64,000 nucleotides of DNA. It comes from Eledone cirrhosa. Taxonomy: Eukaryota. Positions 39,291 to 52,400 of this stretch are shown one piece after another. The notes below the pieces were generated by a model. That model saw only the letters and a program-made list of their open reading frames with translations. It searched no databases and had not been told where the DNA came from. How positions within the stretch are numbered: position 1 is the stretch's first letter; the number at the start of each line of letters is the position of its first letter. The position numbers and the translations under genes are program-made. The stretch is taken from NCBI GenBank assembly GCA_964016885.1, contig OZ024743.1, forward strand, positions 329,158,001 to 329,222,000, read 5' to 3'.

Positions 39291-42200
39291 AGTCAGTAAA
39301 CGCGATCAGTCGCATATTTTGGTGTGGGAGACTATTCGTTAAATTTAAAATGAATACTATCTCCGACAGTAATGCCACAACTACAGTCATGTTGAATAAC
39401 TGGTTATTCTTCTAACTATATCTACTGAAGACACCTTTTATTCGAATTCGTAGAGATATCCGACTAAATACATAATTCATTTTACGAGGATTTGTTACAA
39501 ACAGCATGGCTGAACACAACATCAACAACAAAATTAAGGAAGTACCGAAGACAAATAACAAGGAAGGTAAACAAACTTTATTCAGTTGTAGCTACAGAAG
39601 AAACCGAAATTACAAATCGCATTTCTCTTGGAGTTGCGAACTTAATAATGATTTATTTAATTGTTATAAAATGGCATAAAACAATCCCTCCATTGGCTAT
39701 ATGAACAGAATGAAGCTACACTGGGACGAAATGCACCCAGAGCTAAATTATTTCACAGCGAAACAATTACGCCAACAAGCGACGTTTGTTGAACGTAAAA
39801 ATAAGATAAATATTATTAATTGTAAGTCCCCCACAACAAACATGTTATCAACAACACGTGCTAATGTTCGCCATGCTACTAGACTTCCTAGCAGCCAGGT
39901 CGAACAGCTCCTTGAAACAACTATGCCTGTAAGAAACTTGACACCACGTGTACCATCTAAGTCTACTTCGAATGCTGGGGAAAACACTATCGATAATAAT
40001 AATAATCGAAGAAATAATAAGAATAATCGAAGAAATTTGACACCACGTGTACCATCCGAGTCTTCCTCGTCTATCGATAATGATAATAATCAAAAGTATA
40101 AACAATTGAAAATTTCCCTCAACGAAATCTTCCAGAGAGAAATTAATTCATGTATAAATATCTCTCTTGCAGAATGTATTAAAACAAGAATATTTAATAA
40201 AAAAAACAAATAATGAAATATTACGTGTTATTGACGAAATATTGGATGAATATTTACGACGGAAAAACCCCCAACATTTTGGCAAATCAACGCCTGTTTA
40301 TATGCCTTAGCAACGACAGTGAAGCATTATCTTTGTGATAGCAGAGATATTAACAGGAACAAAACACCACCAAAAATACCATCATATATAACTAAAATAG
40401 AAAAAAGATTGCTAACCTACGAAAAAACATAGTATATGTGACAATGCTCCTTACATGCAAGCAAACACAAAAAAAAATGTTAGCGAAAAACACCGACACC
40501 TGAAAAGTGCTTAATAAAAGATTCAGACGAAACCAAACATCAGTCTATAGAGATATGAAAGACAAAATAATAAGTGTCCCAGAAATACATAGATTCCTTT
40601 TAGAGAAAAATATGGGGTGAAAAGAAGAATTTCAACCAAGATACAGTGCGGCTAAAAGAAATCCGAAAGAACTATTGCTCCTACACTACAACAAAAGCAT
40701 ACGAAATAAGTGAGGGTACCCTTGAGACTGTGATAGGAAAACTCCAAGATAAGAAAACACCAGGAAGAAAAATGATTGTAGGCTACTGGTACAAAAAACT
40801 AATATTCTATCGGAGGTATCTTACTGACCTCTACCAACAAGTTCTTAAGGGAGATACACTTATACCAGTATGGTTGACATTAGCACAAACATTACTGGTC
40901 CCCAAGTACAAAGACACCCACTTGGCAAAAAACTACCGACCCTGATGTATAAGATGTATACAGCCGGCCTGAACCTATTCCTCCAAGATCACTGTGAAAA
41001 TAATAACATCACAGATGAACAAGCAGTTGGAAAGAAATGGGTTTGGGGATATGCTGAACAACTCCTAATCAACAAAACTGCGATGTCGGAGGTGTGACAA
41101 CTTAGGAGGAATATAGCTACAGTCTGGCTGGACTACAGGAAAGCTTTCGAGTCTGTTCCCCACTCTTGAATGATCGAGGCCCTCCAACTTGCTAACGTTC
41201 CAGACATTATTATCAGAGACATAGAGAAGCTGTCTTCTTCTTGGGCTACTATCCTAAGGTTAAAGACAGAGAGGGAGGACTCTATTTTCACTGATAAAAT
41301 AAAATATCGCAGGGGTATATTTCAGGGAGACAGTCTCTCTGTGATATTATTCATCCGGTCATTAAACCCCTTGTCCTTTCTGCTCAAGAAATGTGAAGGA
41401 TACATCATTGGCTCACAGAAGGACAGAAATACGAACCTAACCTATAATTTCTTTGTGGACGATCTGAAACTCTATGCCAAGAACATGGATGGGATGAAGA
41501 AAAATATTGACCTGGTTACAACGTTCTCAAATTATATAGGAATGGAGTTTGGCCAAGATAAATGCTCATGCATGACTGTAAAGCGGGGAAAGCAACAACC
41601 CAATCTAGCAGCATTGTCATCAATGGCCTAACTGTTTCACCGATATCTGATGAGGACTGCTAGAGATACCCGTGGATAGATGAGAACATATCCTATAATG
41701 GTATAAGTAACACGTAACCAGGGAATACTACACCCGATTAAGAAATATTTGGTCATCGGAACACTCTGCGCAAAACAAAACAGTGGCTCGCTATGTGTTT
41801 GCTGTGCCTGTCCTAACACTAACGTTTGGAATTCTCAATTGGACGATAGATGAAATCCGAGTAGTTGATGTTAGAACTCGAAAAATACTAAACAACACTG
41901 GAAACTTCCACATCAACAGTGACATAGACCGCCATTACTTGAAACGTAAGCAGGGAGGCAGAGGCCTGACATCAGTCCAGACAACATTTGAATGTCGCAT
42001 CATATCTCTCCGACAACATCAACGAACCTCGAAGCGTAGGAGCCGGTCTCTGGAGCAAGTCTATCTGCATGAAACAGATAAGATCATGAGAGTGATAATC
42101 AAAAACTCACACACTGGGAAGTCGCTCAGCAGTATCGCAGTGAATCCATGGATGAAAAACTGCATGCTTATCAGCAAAAAATCATGCATGGATATGTTGC

Positions 42201-43208
42201 CAGGTAACTCCAGAGTGAGAGTAATATAGATAAGGAAAGTAGTCTATCTTGGACCAACACCGCTATATTGGCTCCCACTTTGAAGGATACGCTTTTGCAA
42301 TCCAAGAACAGGAGATTAACACGAAGTACCTGATTCACAAAAGAGATAGGGATGCAGGCAAAACACCTAGATGTGATAACAAGTGCAGACTCTGCAGAAT
42401 TAACATCGAAGATGTCACCCATGTCATCAGCAGCTGCCCAAAGATGTCATCGTGGTACTATCTACCTATGAGGCATGATGTAGTGGCCAAAACACTGTAC
42501 AATGCAATTCGTAGGAAAGATAGCCCCGATAATAAACACATTAAAAGCTACAGCAATGTGGAAGACATCCATATACATAATATGAAAGAGTACTGGTGGA
42601 ATGTTCCAGTAAAAACCCCAATAAAATGCAGGCATAACAGACCAGATATTATGATATGGGACAGGGAGAAGAAAGCATGCACAGTAGTGGAAGTTATCTG
42701 GCCAGCAGATGCCAATTTAATATCAAAGATTAGCGAAAAGGAGAATATTTATGCAGAACTTATGAGACACTCTACCCTGATTACATCATCAGATTTATGC
42801 CTGTGATTATTGGGACACTGGGATATGTGAGTAACTGCCTCAATACAAATTTTGAGAAGCTGAGCTTCACAGGAACAGAAAGAACACAACTAGTTAGGAA
42901 ATTACAAGTACAATCCTTTAATGGAACAGTTAAAATATGTAAAACATTCCAAAATGTTGCATTTAATAACTGCATATACACATGTACAGATACAAAGCAT
43001 ATACACATGGACACATACAACTCAAAACATCCATATCCACACATACAATAACATCCGTATCTACACATGCATACATGCATGCATACATACATATCTACTT
43101 AGTTGATGTTGTGTAAATTCCAATGAGAGAATCGTGTCTATGTTTGAAACCGACTCTTTCTCTATTGGAAAAAATTTGTGAAATTATAAAACCAGAAGAA
43201 CATATTTA
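39291..43208 (+). pseudogene. Decayed R4/Dong-type non-LTR retrotransposon (RT, CCHC, restriction-like endonuclease) flanked by (CATA)n
   Basis: Fragments: WLDYRKAFESVPH, GIFQGDSLS, FFVDDLKLY, GMEFGQDKC, AIQEQEI, CRLC..EDVTHVISSC, RHD, RPDIMIWD..VVEV. Many stops and frameshifts. Confidence 0.85.
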
Positions 43209-43231
43209 CATACATACATACATACATACAT

Positions 43232-43838
43232 GGTGGCTGCCAACTCGTTTTCGAGTACGGCCACTACTTTATATCCATGTAGGAGAACCCCTACCGATGC
43301 GCTGAACGAGTGTGACTTTTTAGTCCAGCCTGCGACATGAAAACTCTGGTACAAACACCACACTTGTGTCAATTATTGACACATAGTGCTGGGCCCATGG
43401 TACCATGTGACGACAAGTGCAGAGAGATCTCCAGATATAAAGCAATGCCTCTGCCGTGAAGCTTTTATAGTGAGCAAAGGCACTGCACAAAGCCAGTCCC
43501 ACTCTCTTAACCAAGATGATATTTACCAAAAAGAAGAACAAGTCAACATCATTGGATACCATCAGAGTTACAGGTGTTATATCAGAGTTTTCCTTCTCCT
43601 AGAATTCTGCCTTGACAAAGGCTAAGGGGTCATCTCCCCCGGTGATTTTGGATGGCCATTGACTCTTAAGAGGTCCTTTGCCCTTTGACAGGTTTTGTTT
43701 TTAGTCCTGCAGGATGTCCAAAGTCACCCTCCTCACCAAGAAACCTTGGTGGGTTTGCCAGTTTAGTCGCCAACGACCCGACCATGTGACAGGTTGTACT
43801 CGGATACATGTTACCAGTAGCACCAACTGGTGACCTGA
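43232..43838 (-). mobile_element. Non-autonomous RTE-derived element (5' UTR fused to 3' end) between (TATG)n tracts
   Basis: Minus strand has AGGAGAAGGAAAACTCTG (RTE 5' UTR-like), then KCGVCTRVFMSQAGLKSHTRSAH* (C2H2-like) and a (TATG)n tail. Related pieces at 46989-47118, 47190-47420 and 6720-6890. Confidence 0.6.
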
Positions 43839-44100
43839 CATACATACATACATACATACATACATACATACATACATACATACATACATACATACCTACC
43901 TACATACATACATACATAGATGATGGCTGTCTACTCGTTAGACGAGTATGATCATCGTTGACAGGTTGACTTATACCTGATTGTTACTACAAACACGAGA
44001 CCGACAATCACTTTTGAAGCTGACGAGAGACTTACAGATTTTGGCACAGAGACAGCAAACTAAATCCGTGTTTTTGGTCTGGCGGCGAAAATAAGCTTAA

Positions 44101-44320
44101 CCCTTTAGCATTTACATTATTTTATATTTACTATTATATTTTCACGGTAAAGACTTTACTTCATATAATTATCTCACATAATAGCAAAATATGAGATTTG
44201 GATATTATTTATTTGGAGAACAATACCTTAACATCAGTATAAACGGCCAGTTACAGCCAGTTGGAACAGAAAGAGGTGAAAGAATTCTGGCCGGATATGG
44301 CCGGTTTAAATGCTAAAGGG
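44101..44320. mobile_element. piggyBac-type MITE
   Basis: TTAA|CCCTTTAGCATTTA ... TAAATGCTAAAGGG|TTAA: perfect 14-bp TIRs and a TTAA TSD. Confidence 0.9.
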
Positions 44321-44671
44321 TTAATCTGTTGATGGGTTGTCTATATGACTCCTGGGGTGGCTTTGGAGTACTACCTTTGACATGCATATTTCGTCATACC
44401 CGTGGCAAACAAACTGAGAATAAACTGGGTTTATTTCTTCTTACTAGGTCTTTTGGTCTTTGCCCAGCTTATTGCCAGCTTATTTCATGTTTGCATGGAA
44501 TGTGGGGTATCCTTCGTATATTTGTTTTCTCCACATGTTTCTGTCTCCAACCTGATGGAGGAGGAGGAGACGGGGGAGGTGGGGGATAACGGTGGTGATG
44601 ATGATGGTACTTTATCTTTTGTCGATCTCGAAACAATGGAAGGCAAAGTTGACTTCGGCAGGATTTGAAAT

Positions 44672-44723
<52 letters not shown>

Positions 44724-44782
44724 CCCACACACACACGCACACACGCACACCCACCCACACACACCCACACACGCACACACAC

Positions 44783-44882
<100 letters not shown>

Positions 44883-45310
44883 TATATATATATACATATA
44901 TATGTTATGAAGGTCAAGATCGAAATACAACAGTGAGTCGTGGACATTTTTTCTTTCAGCCAGCTCACCGGAAAGCATCTGGGGATACGACTATGTTAAG
45001 CAGTGTCAGATATCCTGCTCAGCGAAGGCAGTGCTTGTTTTATAAGCTTGTATGGTGAGTATATTGGCTCGTGAGATCGAGTGAATGCCATATTTCGATC
45101 CCAGGCAGCTCAGGCTGAAGAGCTTCAGTAGGTTTAAATGTTTCCTGTAAACCACCCCGGTCTCGCAAGAGTAAAGAAGGCTTTTAAAAACATAGGCATT
45201 AGAGACATCTATCTTCTATATTACATACATACATACATGCATACATACAGGAATATGGCTGCCCCCTCGTTATCGAATATCGCGATTGCACGATATAACA
45301 TTATTAATAA

Positions 45311-46095
45311 CTAGCAGTGGTACCCGGCGCTGCACGGGATAAGGTATTTTGGAACGTGGGCCGCCAACAGACCTAATCGTGGAAAAACTGCATGCCTGGA
45401 CAATATGTAAAGAAAATAAACCGAATACTCTGATGGCTGGATAATCTTTAAGATTTTACTCGATGAAGCAGGAAAAATGCAGGTTTTCACTTAATGCGGG
45501 CCATAGGAGATCAAGTAAATGAATTTATTTTATGTGCATAATATGCCTTGAAATTTCGGGAAAATCGGCTAGACGTAACGCCTCAAAATAGCCCTAAAAA
45601 GCTGGAAAATTAAGTTTTTCACCTAATGCAGGCCCTAGGCCATAAAAAAGTTGGATTTTCTTTGCTCACGGTACGAAGAAGAGACTGACTAATACATAGT
45701 TACAATTTCAAGGAAATCGGTCTGACGTACCGCCTCAAAATAAACCCCCAAAACCTGAATAAACGCAGTTTTTCACCTAATGCGGGCCCTAGGTGATCAA
45801 AGATTTGAGTGCATAACACTCCGTGAAACATAAGTAATACACATGTAAAGTTTTAAAAAAGTCGGTTGGGTACTTCTCGAGTTTTAGGGATTCAAACTCA
45901 CAGACACACACACACACAGACAGACATCCTCAGGGAATTGACGTAATGCAGACAGCCAGACATACAAACAGATATTATAAGGGCGTGACGTTATATGTAT
46001 GTATCTATCTAAAAAGAGAAAGACGAAGAATTAGAGAGAGAGATCACTAAAGCGTCTAATGCGGTCCTTAGGGCATTGAAAATTTGAAAAATAAA
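45311..46095 (-). mobile_element. Non-autonomous Helitron related to 11707-12494
   Basis: Minus-strand end CCCGTGCAGCGCCGGG-TACCACTG-CTAG|T. Shares the CTCGAGAAGTACCCAACCG and GGACCGCATTAG blocks with the 11.7 kb copy. Confidence 0.7.
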
Positions 46096-46289
46096 TATTT
46101 ACATTACCATTAATATTTTGGTTTTTCTGAAAAAGGTGCAAAGAAAATAACAAAGGTGCAATGTATAAATGAACGAGTAGTATTGTAGTGTACACAGGTT
46201 CTCCACTCCAATTCGTGGAAAACACTACTTTCAGTTTCTCACTTGAATTAGCAGAAAAACACTTTTCTGAGATTCGTGGAAATTGAATA

Positions 46290-46676
46290 CTTTCAATTTC
46301 ACATCAATTCACATCAATTTTTCGATTTCCATGTGTGTAACACACGTGGGCATGCCCACAAAGTCAGAAAACAGCACAGTTCCCATGACTTTCGGAAACA
46401 TTTTTTCACGCTCAGAGTTGCTGAAGCATGGTACAAACTGCCTGCATCGGTTGTTAGCTGTCGAGACACTGCATCCTTTAAGGCCTCCATGCTTCCCGAG
46501 ATCCGCCAACACTACACCTAATGTTCCCCCTCCATACACATACACACATGTATACCATGACTCATACACTATTCACTTCCCTGACATTTGTGTATTATTT
46601 TATGTACTATACATACACCTTTGACGAGTTGTAGTGCACCTGATCACTTTACACAATAATTTCATTATTATTATTC
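46290..46676 (+). mobile_element. CR1-type LINE 3' end with (ATT)n tail
   Basis: NTRGHAHKV..RKHFFTLRVAEAWYKLPASVV..ASFK is a typical CR1 ORF2 C-terminus. Tail ATTATTATTATT. Confidence 0.75.
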
Positions 46677-48519
46677 TTGGAAAGACAGTTTTCTGAATTC
46701 CGAGAATTTGACTACTACTGATAATACACTAAATGAACTTAGAAATTGACCAATCACAAACAAGTAAATGTTGGTCGGTGACAGCATAACTTTAAACTGA
46801 AAACTTCAGTTCAGCGAGGTCTCTCAGCCGAGAGACTGGGTCAGTTCGCTGTTCTCACAACGTAAGTTAACTAAAATAAATAAATACTTTATTATTTCTT
46901 TTGAAAAGTTTTGTATTGTATAGGTTCCGTGAAGAATTCAAAATATTTAGAGGGTTCCTCGGTTTTAGAAAGGTTGGCGACCACTGCTGTAGGATGTCCA
47001 AAGTCGCCCTCCTCACCAAGAAATCTTGGTGGGGTTGACAGTTTAGTCGCCAACGACCCGACCATGAGACAGGTTGTACTGGGATACATGTTACCAGTAG
47101 TACCAACTGGTGATCTGACATACATACATACATACATACATACATACATACATACATACATACATACATACATACATACATACATACATGATGGCTGCAA
47201 CTCGATTTCAAGTAATACTTGATACTTAAGATGTCAGATATTAAACAATGCCTGTGCTTGAAGCTTTTTTTAAGTGTAGAAAGGCTTCGCACGGATCCAA
47301 TCCCACTCTCTGAACATCGAACGTATTTACTCAAATAGTGGAACTGGTCTACATCATTGGATGCAAACGAAGTCGCAGGTTTTACATCAAAGTGACCTTC
47401 TCCTAGAGACATGTCTTAATGAAAACTACTAGAGGACTCTCACCCCCACAAAACACACACACACACACGTTCACACACACATACACATAGATAGATGTAT
47501 GAATGTGTGTATGCAAATGTGTGTGTATGTAGTTAAACATTTTCTATGTAAATATACATGTTTGCCAGTTTTCTGAAGAACATGTGAGTCACGTGACAGG
47601 GTGGTTCTTCAGCTCGGGATAAATCTAATAATAGAATGTGTATGTTATGTAGGTATCTGCTAGTGTGTGTATGGGTGTGTATGTTATGTTGTGTGTGTAT
47701 ATGTATGTCGTATGTGTGTATATATATGTGTGTGTATGTATGTGGACTTGTGTGTATGTGTATGTCTGTATATGTATGTATATGTATGTATATGTATGTT
47801 ATGTATATGTGTGTATGTTTATAAGTGGCTATGTTATGTGTATGTATATGTGTGTATGGATATATATGCGTACGTGTGTATGTGCATGCGTGTGTCTCTG
47901 TGTATAGGTGTGTGTGTGAGTATGTGTGTGTGTCACTGTGTGTAGGTGTGTGTGTGTCTCTGTGTGTAGGTGTGTGTGTATGAGTATGTGTGTGTGTCTC
48001 TGTGTGTAGGTGTGTGTGTGAGTATGTGTATGTGAGTATGTGTGTGTGTCTCTGTGTGTAGGTGTGTGTGAGTATGTGTGTGTCTGTGTGTAGGTGTGTG
48101 CGTGTGTGTGTATGTGTGTAGGTGTGTGTGTAGGTGCGTGTGTGAGTATGTGTGTGTCTCTGTGTGTAGGTGTGTGTGTGGGTATGTGTCTATATGTTAT
48201 GTATGTGACAATGTTTCCGTATTCACCCGTAAATAAACTCCCATCACAAAGGAATGTGACCTTATTTTAACTGACGGAGGACATTTTATGTGTTTATTCC
48301 ACTTTATTTTGTTTTATTATAGTTGACCTTTCCACGTGACATAAATATTTGACAACAGTTACGGCCAGTAACTGTAAACTAAGGTGTTTAAACCAAAACC
48401 ATAATGAACTATCACCACAGTATCATAGAACCCACAGGAACTGCAGAAATAGAAGTTAATTACCATCCCACACTATACAGTCTTTTTTAGAAAAGAAAGA
48501 ACAGTTGCTTGAACTTCTC

Positions 48520-48830
48520 CAACTTCAAAAGACCCAGGGGTAGACCCCGAGAAAGATGGTTGGATAACATCCATTAGCTTGCCTGCTCTCACTTGGGGGA
48601 TCCAGCTGGATCAGATGGAGACGGTTGCTTCTGACAGGCAGGGCCTGCTGGAAGGAGTGTTTGAGGACTCTGCCACCACGACCCCCTTAATAATGAGTGG
48701 GAGGAGAAGAAGAGGAAGAAAAAGGAGGAGGAAGAGGAGGGGGAGAAATAGTTGAAGAAGAAGAAGAAGAAGAAGAAGAAGAAGAAGAAGAAGAAAAAGA
48801 AGAAGAAGAAGAAGAAGAAGAAGAGATTAG
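48520..48830 (+). mobile_element. RTE-type LINE 3' end with (GAA)n tail
   Basis: KRPRGRPRERWLDNI. Homologous to 2040-2215. Confidence 0.65.
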
Positions 48831-49437
48831 ACGTGTACCTTCGGGTCCCAAATAGCAGGAGTGGGGTGGAATAAGTGGAGGAGTTGGAATGAAGGATGGG
48901 GGAGATAAGTGGTGGGTGGGTGGTGGTGGTAGAAAATCTGTCGATTTTTTAAAAACCAGAATTAACCGTTTAGTTTACATATTGAGACCTCAACCCATCC
49001 TAGTAATGTTCTTTTTTGTCATGTGTAATGTTTTTTAATGTATAAAGAAATTAATAGTCACCGGAGATAGATTAACAAAATTAATAAGTGGTGGTGGGGG
49101 ATTATTCGAGACTCAAGTGTAGGACACAAATAAAGTAATAGACCTTGAAATTTAGATGGTGTCGCGGAGGTGCCATCCTGACACATAGCCTGTTTGGACA
49201 TTTTAAACATGCCGGAGTCTAACCTTTTCCAGGTCGGGTCACAGCCGATTTCTTCCAGAGCAATAATGTAACAAAGTGGAATGGAGGAAAAGTCGGCCCC
49301 AGTCATGGACTTCATTTATCGACCCCGAAACGATGAAAGGTAAAGTTGACCTCGACAGGAGTGCAAAGAATTTAATCAATTTAATCCGACGCCCTAAAAA
49401 CTTTACCAATTCGCCGCCTAATACTAGATATTCTAGT

Positions 49438-52400
49438 CATGGTAGTACCTGAGCTACATGGTAGTACCTTATATACATGGTAGTACCTGAGATACATGGT
49501 AGTACCTGAGATACATGGTAGTACCTTATATACATGGTAGTACCTGAGATACATGGTAGTACCTGAGATACAATGTATTACCTGAGATACATGGTAGTAC
49601 CTGATATACATGGTAGTACCTTATATACATGGTAGTACCTGAGATACATGGTAGTACCTGAGATACAATGTAATACCTGAGATACATGGTAGTACCTTAT
49701 ATACATGGTAGTGGCTGATATACATGGTAGTACCTTATATACATGGTAGTACCTGAGATACATGTGAGTACCTGAGATACATGGTAGTACCTGAGATACA
49801 TGGTAGTACCTGAGATACATGGTAGTACCTGATATACATGGTAGTACCTTATATACATGGTAGTACCTGAGATACATGGTAGTACCTTATATACATGGTA
49901 GTACCTGAGATACAATGTAATACCTGAGATACATGGTAATAACTGAGATACGTGGTAGTACCTGACATACATGGTAGTACCTGAGATACATGGTAGTACC
50001 TGATATACATGGTAGTATCTGAGATACATGGGAGTACCTGAGATACATGATAGTACCTGATATACCGGGTATTACCTGAGATACATGGTGGTACCTGAGA
50101 TACATGGTAGTAACTTATATACATGGTAATACCTGAGATACAATGTAATACCTGAGATACATGGTAGTACCTTATATACATGGTAATACCTGAGATACAT
50201 GGTAGTACCTGAGATACATGGTAGTACCTGAGATACATGGTAGTACCTTATATACATGGTAGTACCTGAGATACAATTTAACACCTGAGATACATGGTAA
50301 TACCTGAGATACAATGTAACACCTGAGATACATGGTAATACCTGAGATACATGGTAGTACCTGAGATACAATGTATTACCTGAGATACATGGTACTACCT
50401 GATATACATGGTAGTACTTTATATACATGGTAGTATCTGAGATACATGGTATTACCTGAGATACATGGTATTACCGGAGATACATGGTGGTACCTGAGAT
50501 ACATGGTAGTACCTGAGATACATGGTAGTACCTTATATACATGATAGTACCTTATATACATGGTAGTACTTGAGATACATGGTAGTACCTGAGATACATG
50601 GTATTACCTGAGATACATGGTAGTACCTGAGATACAATGTAATACCTGATATACATGGTAGTACCTGAGATACATGGTAGTACCTTATATACATGGTAAT
50701 ACCTGAGATACATGGGAGTACCTGATATACATGGTAGTACCTGAGATACATGGTAGTACCTTATATACATGGTAGTACCTGATATACATGGTAGTACCTG
50801 AGATACATGGTAGTACCTGAGATACATGGTATTACCTGATATACCTGGTAGTACCTGAGATACATGGTAGTACCTGAGATACATGGTAGTACCTGATATA
50901 CATGGTAGTACTTGATATACATGGTATTACCTGAGATACATGGTAGTACCTGAGATACATGGTAGTACCTGATATACATGGTAGTACCTGAGATACATGG
51001 TAGTACCTTATATACATGGTAGTACCTGAGATACATGGTAGTACCTTATATACATGGTAGTACCTGATATACATGGTAGTACCTTATATACATGGTATTA
51101 CCTGAGATACATGGTAGGACCTGAGATACATGGTAGTACCTGATATACATGGTAGTACCTGAGATACATGGTAGTACCTGAGATACATGGTAGTACCTGA
51201 TATACATGGTAGTACCTGAGATACATGGTAGTACCTGAGATACATGGTAGTACCTGATATACATGGTAGTACCTGATATACATGGTAGTACCTGAGATAC
51301 ATGGTAGTACCTGAGATACATGGTAGTACCTGAGATACATGGTAGTACCTGATATACATGGTAGTACTTGATATACATGGTAGTACCTGAGATACATGGT
51401 AGTACCTGAGATACATGGTAGTACCTGAGATACATGGTATTACCTGAGATACCTGGTAGTACCTGATATACATGGAAGTACCTGAGATACATGGTAGTCC
51501 CTGAGATACATGGTAGTACCTGAGATACCTGGTAGTACCTGATATACATGGTAGTACCTGAGATACATGGTAGTACCTGATATACATGGTATTACCTGAG
51601 ATACATGGTAGTACCTGAGATACCTGGTAGTACCTGATATACATGGTAGTACTTGTGATACATGGTAGTACCTGATATACCTGGTAGTACCTGATATACA
51701 TGGTAGTATCTGAGATACATGGTAGTACCTGAGATACATGGAAGTACCTGAGATACATGGTAGTACCTTATATACATGGTAGTACCTGAGATACATGGTA
51801 TTACCTGATATACATGGTAGTACCTGAGATACCTGGTAGTACCTGATATACATGGTAGTACCTGATATACATGGTAGTACCTGAGATACATGGTAGTATC
51901 TGAGATACATGGTAGTATCTGAGATACATGGTAGTACCTGAGATACATGGTATTACCTGAGATACATGGTATTACCTGAGATACATGGTAGTACCTGAGA
52001 TACATGGTAGTACCTGAGATACATGGTAGTACCTGATATACATGGTAGTACCTGAGATACATGGTAGTACCTGAGATACATGGTATTACCTGAGATACAT
52101 GGTATTACCTGAGATACATGGTATTACCTGAGATACATGGTAGTACCTGAGATACATGGTAGTACCTGATATACATGGTAGTACCTGAGATACATGGTAG
52201 TACCTGAGATACATGGTAGTACCTGATATACATGGTAGTACTTGATATACATGGTAGTACCTGAGATACATGGTAGTACCTGAGATACATGGTAGTACCT
52301 GAGATACATGGTATTACCTGAGATACATGGTAGTACCTGATATACATGGTAGTACCTGAGATACCTGGTAGTACCTGAGATACATGGTAGTACCTGAGAT

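Noticed and set aside
47082-47104. Similarity of GATACATGTTACCAGTAGTACC to the 19-bp satellite monomer as a possible origin
   Set aside because: The match is short and gapped, and cannot be distinguished from chance.
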